Assembly: GCF_009914755.1 (NCBI RefSeq)
Contig: NC_060931.1
DNA length: 64,000 nucleotides
Source: the human T2T-CHM13v2.0 reference genome, Homo sapiens
Strand: one strand, 5' to 3'
Below are positions 1-19,115 of this stretch, in pieces (position 1 is the stretch's first letter; each line of letters starts with the position of its first letter). The translations under genes were made by a program, and so were the position numbers. The notes below the pieces were generated by a model. That model did not search any database and had not been told where the DNA came from. It saw nothing but the letters and a program-made list of their open reading frames with translations.

Positions 1-329
1 AAAAATAAACAGAAAGCTAATGTTCTAGTCCCCTGTCTCCCACCTGCTAAGGATAGACACGGAGCCCAAATTTTGTTTCTCCTTAAGGCTTTGAAAGCTA
101 TTGCCCTGAAGCTACTCACTTGATAACAATGAGTTTGAAATAGTCATGCCTCTACAAACCATCTCTGTTGAGGTTGAACACTAGGCTTTCTGAGTGCTTT
201 CTCCTTGTGAATTTGATCCAGCAGGGCAATGTTTGTATTTTTGTGTTCTTTTAGATGACTAAGCAACAGGCTGGTTTATTGAATAATGATGGGAAATGTG
301 GTGTATAGAAAGAATCTACATTCGGTGTC

Positions 330-500
330 AAAGATCTAGACTTCAGTCTCCATTCTGTGTGATCTTGGGAAAGTCACTAAACCTTTCTGAGCCTCAGTCT
401 CCCCATCTGGAAAGCAGAAATAATCATAACATCCGCTACACATGGTTGCTATGAGACTCAAATAAAATATGTCTATAATAAATTGTAAACCACGATATGA
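330..500 (+). mobile_element. MIR; other MIR fragments at ~11930-12130, 13960-14190, 33420-33570, 38615-38790, 50720-50870, 51330-51435, 51820-52040
   Basis: MIR core gagcctcagtctccccatctg / cttgggaaagtcactaaacct. Confidence 0.8.
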
Positions 501-1909
501 AGATAAGTGCATTCATTCATTCAACAAAAATGTATTTCTTAATGCATTTTTAGTAAATAAAGATCAACTCAACAAAAATTTTACCCTCCAAGAGTACACA
601 GGCTAGAAAAGAATACTGGATTAAATTATAATGTGAAAAATTCCTGAGTAGTCATCTATGTACTGTGGAGTCAGGAATGTACCCTAAACCTCAAATGTGC
701 ACAATTAAAACGCCTATCCTCTAAAAACAATTTTTTAATCCTGATCTTCTTTCCCTAGTTCCTTCACCGTGGGGAGCAGATAACTCAGGACAAAATCCTT
801 TTCTCTCGGTCTTACTGAGCCATTTAGGAGAAATCAGGGCTGAGAGAAAAAGAAATTTTCCACTGAGCTTCCTCAGAGATTCCCATCAGAGCCTGAGGAT
901 GGAAAACAGAGAAGGGTCCCATTACATCTAGCCCTCCCGAGGGAAAGCTGCTGTTTGCATTTCCTGCCTACAGCTCTCGGGACTGCAAATAAATCAGTGG
1001 TTTATTCAAACCAGTAGCTGGAGAGTAGATTATGGCTGGCGGCCCTGAGTGCAGCTGAGACCATGAGTGATGGAAATGCTTGGCAGGGAGGGAGTGGCAA
1101 TGTGACCTGCGGAAAACACCAAGACCCCATAGGCCCGTTCTTCCCTCATCTCACTGCTCAGTGGAATAGCACCTGACACTCACACTCTACTCATAAGAGT
1201 TAACTAAGATTTGTTAAGATTTATGTGAGATTTATCTTAACATAATAAAAATTAAATATCTCCAAATACTACAAGAAATGGTCTTAACCTCTTTGTTATC
1301 TAATCAAATTGTTAAGTGATTCAAACACCTTTGCCTAATATTTTATCTTTCATGAGTTATTTCACTAAGTTTTGTGTCTATATTCTAATTTACGTTTTTG
1401 GCACTGATGGCATTAATTGTACCCAATGGCAGAATTTTTTTTTGAAGGCTAAATAACTAAAAAACATGCCTAGTAAGTCCTGATCTGAATAAGTTAATAA
1501 TATTTTAAAAAGTCAAACCTGTGGCCTGAGTCTCCATTGCCTCTGATCCCCTTAAGGGTGGGGCACTGTTGGCCACTCTCTCTGTTTTAAAGATCTTCAC
1601 CCTTGACTTCCATATCTATTCAGCTGCCTGAGTTTTCTTCTATTTCCTTATCCACCAAGTACCCTTCAAACATACAACTACTCACAATTTGTACCCTTTA
1701 TCTATTGCCACCACTAAGGTGACCAACCACTCAGATTTTATAAACTGAAAGTTCCACAACCCAGAAAACCTCTCTGTCCTGGATAACCTGGGACAGTTGG
1801 TCACCCTAAGCTCCACCCAAATGACTGAGGCTAAATTCAGGTAACAAGTATTACCTTTCAACTCAGCTATGATATTCACACCAATTCCATAACTTTGTGA
1901 ACAAGAAAC

Positions 1910-2805
1910 CTATACACATTCACTTGAACCGCACATACACACACACACACTCTTATACTCTTTCACACACACCTCATGCACACACTCACATATACTCCCA
2001 TTCACACACACCACATACATTCTCACACACCACATACATTCACACACACACCCCACACACTCACATTCACACACACCAACACACACATTCACACACACCA
2101 ACACACTCACATTCACACACACACCAACACACACATTCACACACATCACACACTCACATTCACACACACCAACACACACATTCACACACACCACACTCAC
2201 ATTCACACACAACACACACATTCACACCCACCAACACACACATTCATTCACACACACCAACACACACTCACATTCACACACACCAACACACACATTCACA
2301 TACACACACCAACACACACTCACATTCACACACACACCAACACACATTCACATACACACACCAACACACTCACATTCACACACACCATACACACGCACCA
2401 ACACACATTCACACACACCACCACACACATTCACACACACACCAACATACACTCACATTCACACACACCAACACACACATTCATACACACCACACTCACA
2501 TTCACACACACCACCCCACACTCACATTCACACAAACACCACCACACACCATCTCACACGCACACCACCACACACATTCACACACACCACACATTGACAA
2601 ACACAACACATATTCACACACACACCACCACACACATTCACATTCACACACACACACCAACACACACTCACATTCACACACACCACACACATTCACACAC
2701 CACACATTCACACACCACACATTCACACACACCAACACACTCACACACACACCACACACATTCACACACACACACACACCACCACACACATTCACACACA
2801 CACCC
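1910..2805. repeat. ~900-bp degenerate (CA)n-derived compound repeat built from CACATT/CACACT/CACCAA blocks
   Basis: Directly visible; nearly G-free top strand; explains the His/Thr and Cys/Val ORFs. Confidence 0.97.
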
Positions 2806-3299
2806 CACCTGCTTAAAATCCTCCAAAGGCTTCTCATTATGCAAAAACCTTCTGACTGGCCTGCAAAGCCCTTCACACTGCATCTCAGGACTACCTTTTC
2901 TGGCAGCTCTTGATGCTTCATTCTATTCACTTCACTACGTACAATCACTGAAAGGGCCTGATGGTTAGGTTCTACTTACAATTTTAATTTTGGAAAATTT
3001 AAAACATATACAAAAGCAGGTAATGGTACATCCCCTATGTAACCACTACTCAACCATTAACATAGTGCCAGTACACACTGTTGAAGGCTTTTGATGAGGT
3101 TTATTATATAATTCAAATATTTCTAGTACCTTTAGCCTAAAAGATTTTGTGGGTTCTTTTCATTCCAGTTAAATTTTTAGTACCTATTAAAATTAATTGG
3201 GTTTCAAGATTCATCTTTGAAATCCACACTATCTGAAATATACCAAAATATACATCATTCTTCTGGTATGTGTTTCCTCTAATTCAACTTTTTTCCCTT

Positions 3300-10110
<6,811 letters not shown>

Positions 10111-11028
10111 TTGCATTGGCTTTATTACCAAGAAGAAAGAAACTAATGTTATTTTAAATATATATATGTTTTCCTGAAATGTACATTCCAGGAATGTTCT
10201 GACTCAGAGGACAACAGCAGCTGCTGGGTGTTTGCTGATTCCTGTGCTTATCTACTCTGATTTGCTTTGATGATGTCTTAATCATGTATCATTTGGATGC
10301 AAGAAATAAAAATCAACTCAAAGAAGCAAAAGTAAAAGAGAGAATTATTAAAATGATTTAAGGGCTCTCATGGAACCCCATTCAGGCATTTGCAAGAAAT
10401 ATGACTGAGCATCATGAAAACTAAAAAACCATGAGGGAGTCTCCCTCTCTCTTCTCCTCTTTCATTTCTCTTCTCTCCTTCCTTCTCTCTTCTTTCCATC
10501 AATTTTCTCACTAAATAGCTCTGACCTCTGCATCTCTCTGTACATCTGTTCTGGACTCCTCTCTTCAAACCACCTTCCACTGGAGGGACGCTCATTAGTC
10601 TATGGCCCCTTATAATTCCAGTTTGCCATAGCCCCAACACTGAACAATCTTGCAGCTCCAGTATACAATACTACGTTTCCTGTGTCTTTAAATTCTCAGA
10701 GTATAATATAGCACTGCTTGAGTTAGGGATTCATCCATAAATTATATCCAGGAGACCACATTATAATTTGTTGCACCTATTCCTTCAGGAGGGGCTATAG
10801 AGGCATGTCCAAAAAAAAAGTGGGGTGGGGGTGAAGAGGACCACAAGCTGGAATTCCTAACATGTCTTTTTTACCACAGATTATGTGAAGAAAAAAACCT
10901 CAGATGTGTTCTTCTTACACATCGTAACATAATGTAGGTTGTTAGTGACCATACTTACATATTGTAATATCTCTTCAAGCTGTTGTTTAATGAATGTAGT
11001 CCACAAGAATAAAGGTCTCCTCCCAACT

Positions 11029-11044
11029 GAGAGAGAGAGAGAGA

Positions 11045-11080
<36 letters not shown>
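11029..11080. repeat. (GA)n/(TG)n microsatellite
   Basis: Direct. Confidence 0.95.
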
Positions 11081-11082
<2 letters not shown>

Positions 11083-11236
11083 CACTCCAAGCATTTAGAT
11101 AAGGGGAAGAAGTGAAGTTGTAGCAATTTTGTGTCATTTCCCCTAAATTTCATGGCCATTCTCAGTGTCTGATTTGATCCCCTGCAAATTGGCATAGATG
11201 TATTTGTTCTCTGAATTTTAGAGATCAAATACAGAA

Positions 11237-11327
11237 TAAATAAAACAGGACCTACTTAAAATTTCTTGAAATAGGCAATGCAATTTTGCCCATCTCAAGA
11301 AATTTTAAGTAGGTCCTGTTTTATTTA
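11237..11327. repeat. Inverted repeat: perfect 33-bp arms, 25-nt spacer
   Basis: 11237-11269 taaataaaacaggacctacttaaaatttcttga is the exact reverse complement of 11295-11327. Confidence 0.97.
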
Positions 11328-11699
11328 GCTTCAGTTCCTCTAAAAAAATAGTTCTGCTTGTTTTTTCTGACTCATCTGTTTCTTTGCCATTTTTAATATG
11401 CACTTTGCAACTGAGCCTCTGTAACCATTTTGTTTTCTTTCCTCATAAAGCAGTTGAGCAACTGCATACTCTTTGGTAAGTCTCTCTTCATTTTGGGAAG
11501 TTCTACATTAGTCATAAAATACCTATTTCTGATCTAGTACAAAATATCAGAAGAAAAGTCTTAAGGTCTCTTTATTTTATTTTTTACAAAAACCAGGTTT
11601 TCAGTACTTTCCAAATCTCTTTTCCAGCTTTCCAAAAAAAAAAAAAAAAAAAAGCTTATGAGTATGTCTCTTATTTCTTAGTCCTTCTCACCCTGCAAA

Positions 11700-11893
11700 C
11701 CAGCTCTCTCTAGGAGGTGGAGCGGGGAGAAAAACAAAGCCCAGATGTGTAGAATTTTCTGGTTTTCATAGTGTAAATACTCCCACCATGACAGAATTGA
11801 AACTACCAGTGTGATGTCACTGAATGTGGCTTTGGAAAGAATGCACACCATCCACTCTCTCTAGCTGGTAGGAGACAATCCTAGCATACCGCC
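11700..11893 (-). mobile_element. MER63-like hAT DNA transposon fossil
   Basis: gtgtaaatactcccaccatg...actaccagtgtgatgtcactgaa resembles the MER63A consensus reversed (from memory). Confidence 0.6.
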
Positions 11894-12180
11894 CTCTTTT
11901 TCTTGCAGTCATAATAGCAAATAGTTTGAGTATATTGATTCTCGAGTCACACAGTCCAGATTTCAAAACAGTATTAGCTCTATGACTTTGGCAAACTGCT
12001 TAACTCCTCTAAGTTTCAATTTCATCATCTTTAAAATGGGGGGGTAATAATAAGCTATGTTTCACGGTGTTACTGTTGTAATGTGTAAAATTCTTAGAAT
12101 AGTGGGTAGCCTATAGTAAGTACCCTAAGGGTGTCCTATTACTCAGGACTAGAGCTCCAGTGGTGCTATGTAGACTTAGA

Positions 12181-12196
12181 GCCACTAGATGGCGGG
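12181..12196 (+). promoter_or_regulatory. CTCF core motif
   Basis: GCCACTAGATGGCGG fits the CCASYAGRKGGCRS consensus. Confidence 0.6.
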
Positions 12197-12849
12197 CTCC
12201 TCATTTCTGCAGCACAAACCTTTTCCGCTGCGCTATTTGCAACTTAACATTCAACAAACTGCTAATTCGATTATATGAATTCACTGACAGCATTTTTTCT
12301 ACTGCCATCTCCTAGTTTAAGCTACATATTTGACCTTGAAATTCCACTGGGAATCCAGCTACTGGCCCTCACGTGCAGCCACTTCTAAAGCTCTATGCAG
12401 GAGTTATTCTCAATCAGGACTTGCTAATCTTAGTGAGTTATTGTAAGAATTAAAACCAAAGCCACAGTTGTCCCTGTTACAGAAGGGAGTCAATTCCCTG
12501 GCCTTTCTCTCCACCTCTGTCTTTTCTCACTCAAAAGAAGACAAGATGGCCTCAAATCTGACTTCCATCATTACATAATTTATTCTCCTTCCCAGTCACT
12601 AAAGAGATCATAAATTCAACAATAGTTCAGTTCTATAAATATTTATTGAGCATGTGAGATACTATGCTACGAAGTAAAGATATAAAGGTAAATAAAAGTC
12701 ATAAAGAAGCAAGGAATTTATCTACCAACAAATCTACTAGATCTTTCCAGAAATAATATATTAATTTTTTGATGAACCAAGCAAGTTACTGTAAAACTTA
12801 GAGGAATAAGGGTTCTTGAATAACGAATATCTCTATGAGATCTAAAGAC

Positions 12850-13900
12850 ATACTAAGTTATAGGTAGACTAATACAACAAAAAAATGAGCACAAAAACAG
12901 ACTTATTTGTCCAGGGGAACTTGAGATATGATAAAAGTGAACCACAAATAAGTGGGTAAAGGATAGATTATTTATTAGATGGTATTAGATATGAGGCTTA
13001 CTATTTGGAGAAAAGTAAAGCCGAATACCTTCCTTTTACTTCCTACACAGGTAAACCCAAGTGGATAAGAAATCTAAATGCAGAAGGTTAAGGTATAAAT
13101 CTAATGGAAGAAAACATAGAATAACTTTGTGAGCAAAGGGTAAAGAATGGCTAATTAAACAAGGTCCTAAAAGCTCAAATCATAAGGCAAAAATTGATTG
13201 GACTTCCATTCAACGAAAGGCACAGGTGAGAGACAGATTGACAACATCTAAAATCTACAAGAAACCCCTAGCTGGACTATGCAAGGATAATTGGTGCACA
13301 TACAAACACACAAACATGAATGGGCAGAGGAAACCCAAATAGTCAGCACATAGAAGAGGTGCTCATGCTTACTTGTAACCAGAAATATGTAAATTAAAAG
13401 CAACAACAGGGTACCATTTTGCAGGCATTAGAATAGCCACAAATTACCAAGTGTTGGAGAGGATGTGAAGAAAGGAAAACCCTGGTGCTACTGGCAGGAG
13501 TGTCAAATTGTACGTTTGAACGTGGAGAGCAATCCTTCAACACTTGGTGAAATAAAATATTCACATATCCTTTGACTCAGAGAACCACTCTTGAGTACAC
13601 TCCCAAGAGAAATTCTAGCACAGGTTCATGAAAGGCTATAAATAAAGATGTTTCTTGCATCATTTTTGTGGAGGTAGCAAGTTGAAGGTGCCCTCATTAA
13701 GGAGAATGGACCAGTAAAGTGTGATGGGTGGCCAGGATAGAATATTATGCCGCAGTCAGAAGCAGTGAACTCGATGTGCCAACAGCGACATAGAGGGCGT
13801 GTCTAGAGTGAAAACTATGAGAAGCAGAGCTGTGTGGCCCAATGCCATTTATGTTTATGAAAAACATCTCACACACAAAATGACACTATACGTTGTAGGA
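12850..13900 (+). mobile_element. Ancient L1 (L1ME-like) 3' fragment
   Basis: Degenerate L1 3' motifs (ccaagtgttggagaggatgtgaag, tatcctttgactcag...ccactc). Confidence 0.6.
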
Positions 13901-14263
13901 AGTGATATTCACGTCCAAGGACCTCATCAACCGGAACAGCGCATGTGTCTGAAAGAGCCGTATGGTTTATGGAGCCTGACCAGTTGGGTTCAAATCCTGG
14001 CTCTCCCACACACTTACTCTGTCCGTTTGAGCAAGTCTCTTAACTTCTCTGTAACGTTTCTTTGTCTGAAAAAAATGGGAAATAGAAATAGTAAGACTCT
14101 ATGGGGGTTACTGTGAGGAATAACTGAGTTAATATAAAGTGCTTAAACAATGCCTGGCAGTAAATGTTCACTGTTATTCCTATTATTATTGTCAATAATA
14201 ATGTGAATGGGGAATCAAGAGTGAAGAGAAAAATTAGATTTTTTTAAAAAAAATGAAGGTGGG

Positions 14264-14570
14264 GGCCGGGCCTGGTGGCTCATGCCTGTAATCCCAGCAC
14301 TTTGGGAGGCTCAGGCGGGCGGATCACCTGAGGTCAGGAGTTCGAGACCAGCCTGGCCAACATGGTGAAACCCTGTCTCTACTAAAAATACAAAAATTAG
14401 CTGGACATGGTGGCAGATGCCTGTAATCCCAGCTACTCAGGAGAGTAGAAGGCAGGAGAATTGCTTAAACCCGGGAGACAGAGGTTGCAGTGAGCTGCGA
14501 TCACGCCATTGTACTCCAGCCTGGACGACAGAGTGAGACTCCATCCAAAAGCAAAAAAAAAAAAAAAAAA
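14264..14570 (+). mobile_element. AluS
   Basis: Full dimer, polyA, TSD-like aa.gaagg.ggg. Confidence 0.95.
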
Positions 14571-15914
14571 CGAAGGAGGGACTTCGTGTACAATAGTGAG
14601 CTATAAATTAAAGTTGATGATTAACTCAAGTCTCTCCGAATCCGAGGTTAAAAACACACACATGCGTTTTCCTCCCTGCAGAAACAGAGCATGGTGGAGG
14701 ATACTGATGACTTCAACGTAATATGGTAAGGTCCATGATAAGAGAAAACACAGATGGCATGAGAATATAAAAGTGGAACACTTAGCCTGGAAGCTCACAA
14801 AGGAATTAGGGAGAATAGGAGTCTTGGCAGGCAGTATGGTTTAGGGCTTAAGATTTGGAAGCTGGGTTAAGATCGCAGTTCTGCCTTTTACTAGTTTACA
14901 TGATTTTTGGCAAGTTACATTCCCAGAATAATAGCACCTAGATAGAAAATATCCAGGCCCTAAGAATGTATTACCAGAACTCAAAGACCCCAGAGGAATC
15001 TTGCTGTCGCCTTAAGTATGCTTGAGTCTTTGCTCTAGGTAGTTCCTATCTCTTCAAGAACAATCCTTCCTGCATATCATCAATCATGTGTATGTTAACC
15101 TAAAAGCCCCACAGTGCCTCTCCTTACTAGTTTGCTCCGAACATGTTAGACAGTGGGCTGCCTCATTCTTTTGTAATCCTTGGCAAAGTGAAGATGCAGA
15201 GAGTGTTGTGATCACATCAAATCTTGAGAGCAGTAGTAGGTGATTGCTGTGGTGACCTTTAACATCAGAAAGAAGCAATTGCCAGCCAGAGGTGAAGGGT
15301 CCTCTGAGCAATTGGCTCGGGAGCTCCTGACAGGCAGCCCATGCATTGTCAGTGACACGTGCTTTGTAGCCTACCAGCTGCTGTATTAAAAAGAAATCCA
15401 CCAGCCACACAGACTAAGTCAGTAGCTAGAATGTTATTTTGAAGGTAGTTATTGGTCCAGGAAAGAGGACTTTGTCACTGGAGAGTTTAAAAATCTCATT
15501 TTCAAAACACTCCCTAGGTTTGTTCATGTTTCTCACAGAAAGGACGTGAAAATGAAAATACTTGAGTGGCCTGAGATTTGCCTAGGGAATCATCTTAGAA
15601 GCAAAGAAGGAAAAGAACATCACGGAAATTCCCGCAGGCATAATTCCATGGACAGAACTAGACAACGTATTCTCTAGCAGTTTTGAAACCAAGATCAGGT
15701 AAGGGAAAGAAGGCAAGCTTTATTTATTTATTATCTTTTTTTGAAACTGATGACAGTTTAAACAAAGGAAGTAGCCATCAAAGTTTAGTGTTAAGGTCAC
15801 AGAGGTTCGTGGTGAATGGCATAAGTTCAATTCCTACTGCCACCATTCACAGGCTTTATGACACTGTAGAAGTTTCACCTTCAATAAAAGGGAAATGATG
15901 ATGATAGTATCTAC

Positions 15915-16530
15915 CTAAATAGCCACTTTGAAGAACAGTTTGTCCATTTCTTAAAAAGTTAAACATAGACTTACCATTAGACCTAGTAATTCCACTCCTA
16001 GGTATCTATCCAAAAGAACACACATGTCTATGCCAAGACTTGAATGCAAATATTTACAGCAGCACTATTCATAATGGACAACAACCTGAAACAATCCAAA
16101 TGACCATCAACAATGTGTTACATCCATACAATGGAATACTATTCAGCAATAAAATGTTTAAAACTATAAATACATGCTACAGCATAGATGAACTTCAAGA
16201 ACATTATGCTAAGTAGAAAAAAGTCAGATGCAAAAAAAAAAACTACGTATTGCATGATTCCATTTATATGAAATTTCCAGAAAGGACAAATCTATAAAGA
16301 CAAAAAGAAGATCCGTGGTTTCTTAGGGGGTGGGAGTGGGATTGAGTGCAGGTTCTCAACCAGGATTGACTACAAAGTAGCAAGCACCAAAGAAAAAAAG
16401 AAAAGACTTTGAGATGATGAAAACATTCTAAGGCTGAATTGTAGTGATGGTTGCACAACTGTATAAATATACTAAAAACTATTGAATGGTACACTTACAA
16501 TGGGTGATCTTTATGGCAAATATATCAAGT
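15915..16530 (+). mobile_element. L1MB/MC-like 3' end fragment
   Basis: attccactcctaggtat, catacaatggaatactattcagcaataaaa, gatggttgcacaact. Confidence 0.75.
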
Positions 16531-17004
16531 TGCTAAAAAATGGTACTTACCTTGTAGGGTTGTTAAAAGGATTAAATTAGTTAATATTTATAAAGTACTT
16601 AGAAGAGTGACTGATGTAGTAAGCTACATGTGTGTTTGCCAAACAATAAAAATAAATGTGGCTGTGTGATTCATCGCAAGAGTAAATTACTAACAGTTCC
16701 TGTATGTTTTTCTACACCAACAGGAAGCAATTCTGAGTACTTAGGCAATGAAATTACTTCTTTTCTATAAAATACGTTTTTAAGATCACACTAAGCTTGA
16801 GGTTATTCCAGGAGAGATTGTAAATCTTGTCACATGACTTTGCCTTGCCTCTACCTGCCGTAGCTCCAGCCTCATCTCTCACCATTGCCCTCCTTCAAAT
16901 CCTTCAGCTAAAGAGAATTTCTCTCAGTTCCTCAAGACTCCAGACAATGGGCTTTTCCATAATGTTGCTGGCTCTGTATGGAATATCTATCTGCTCTTCC
17001 TCTC

Positions 17005-17362
17005 TGCTATTGGCTGAATGTGTGTGTCCCCACAAAACTCATAGGTTAGAATCCTAACCCCCAAGGTGATGGTATTAGGAAGTGGGGGCTTTGGAAAATG
17101 ATTAGGTCATGAGGGTGGAGCCCTCATAAATCGGGTGGGTGGCCTTATGAAAGGGACCCAGAGAGTTCCCTGTCCTTTCTACCACATGAGGACACAGGGA
17201 GGAGATGGCCATTTGTGAGCCAGAAAGTGAGCCCTCATCAGACACCATATCTGCCAGCTCCTTGATCTTGGACTTCCCAGCCTCCAGACCTACCAGAAAT
17301 AAATGTCTGCTGTTTATAAGCTATGCAGTCTATTGTATTCTATAATTGCAACCCTGACTACA
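17005..17362 (+). mobile_element. MLT1A-type MaLR solo LTR
   Basis: ggtattaggaagtggggg...gatcttggacttcccagcctccaga...aataaatgtctgctgtttataagc. Confidence 0.85.
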
Positions 17363-17627
17363 GTGCTATCCACGGTCTACTTACTTCCTACCTACAGTTC
17401 AAGTCTTCATTTAGGGTTACTTCCTCTGAGAAGCATTCCCTGATTCTTTCTCAACATCCTTAACACTCCTTCCCTCAACACACACACACACACGCACACA
17501 CAAAACACACTTTGTATTGAATTTGCCAATTGATGTTTTGCCTTTTGACTCCCACATCAGATGGAGTGCTTATAACCCCAAGCACTCAGAACAGTGCATG
17601 AGGCAGAGGAGACACTCAATAGACACC

Positions 17628-17997
17628 AGTGCAGGTTTGCAACCAGGGTGATTTTGATGCCACCAGGAAACACTTGGCAATTTTGTCACCTTAAAAGTTC
17701 CCTCATGCCAATGTTCAGTCAATCCCCACTCTCACTGCCAGCCTTAGGAGAAACCACTGATTTGCTTCCTGTCTATTCTGAAAATGTTATGCAAATGAAA
17801 TTGTATAACACATAGTACTTTGCATCCATCTTCTTTCATTTAGCATAATATTTGGTGGTCACACCTGGGCACCTAGTGGCATCCAGTGGGTAGAGGCCAG
17901 AAATGTTACAAAAACATTTTTACAATAAACACAACAGCCCCCACAACCAATAATTATCCATTCCAATGTGTCAATATGCTGAGGTTAAGAAATCCTG
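17628..17997. mobile_element. MER20 (hAT) interrupted by an L1 fragment
   Basis: ggcatccagtgggtagaggccag...acagcccccacaacc...tgtcaatatgctgaggttaagaaatcctg. Confidence 0.7.
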
Positions 17998-18937
17998 CAC
18001 TAGTGAAATGAATAAACGTGTGAATTAATGAACAAATGAATCCTCTTTTCTGACATGAATTTAAGGATTGTTCTCACTATCCTTTCAAATTCTTTTAAAA
18101 AAAGAAGAGTCTCTGAAAATATTTCCATATCCCTTCCCTTCCCACATTTCAACTTTGTTTCTCTAACAACTGTGTTTTCAAAGAACGGCTCAGAATGGGA
18201 GAAATACCAGGATTATTGCACTGGGGACACCGATGTTCTGCACAGGCTCCCTTAGACATAAACCCAAGCAGGTGAGGTGCTGCCAGCAGCCTTCAGCTGT
18301 CAGCCCTGAGCTGAAGAGTCACCTCAGCCAAGGTCAGGGCCCCTTCCCAGGGCAGCGCATAACCTGAGACTAGCTCATAAGGGGATGTAAAGTCCCAGCC
18401 AACTCACCGGAACTCAGTACAATCTCAGAATTCCTTGTAGAACTGACAGGGTCCTTTGCTGAGACAGCATCACAGCACCACAGCCAACCTTTCCCTCTGC
18501 CTGACTCTCTCATTTTCTTCCCTTCTCTTCCCATCCCATCACTTCCTCTCCACAGGTGTTGATCATAAAATCAATCCCTGATAAAGCTCCTCCACTGTAA
18601 TCTTCAGGAGGCTGCCTCCCAAATGTGACAATGTGAAACAATGACTCTGGCTTCTCAAGTTTATATTGGAGCACAAAAACTTTTAATGTACAAAAATATA
18701 TATTTATAAGATAATCTATCATGACAGACACCAGATCAGTGGGGATGGAGGGCAGGGAGAAATGGAGGAAGGGATTGCAAAGGGTCGTAAGAAAATTTGG
18801 AAGGAGGGTGACATAAATGTTCATTATCTTGATTGTGATGGCAAGTTAACAGGGATATACACATGTCAAAACTTACCAAGGCATATACTTTAAATATGTG
18901 CAGTTTATTATGTGTCAGTTAAACTTCAATAAAGCTG

Positions 18938-19115
18938 AAGAAAGAAAGAAGGAAGGAAAGAAGGAAGGAAAGAAAGAAAAAGAAAGAAAGAAAGAAAAAG
19001 AAAGAAAGAAAGAAAGAAAGAAAAAGAAAGAGAGAGAAAAGAAGAAGGAGGAAGGAGGGAGGGAGAGGGAGGGAGGAAGAGGGAGGGAGGAAGGAAGGAA
19101 GGAAGGAAGGAAAAG
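18938..19115. repeat. Polypurine GAAA/GGAA/GGGA tract
   Basis: ~175 nt purine-only run at the end of an L1 3' fragment. Confidence 0.95.

Noticed and set aside
1897-2968. 338-aa and 330-aa His/Thr-rich ORFs and reverse Cys/Val ORFs
   Set aside because: Translation artefacts of the CA-rich repeat, which cannot readily form stop codons; no promoter or splice context
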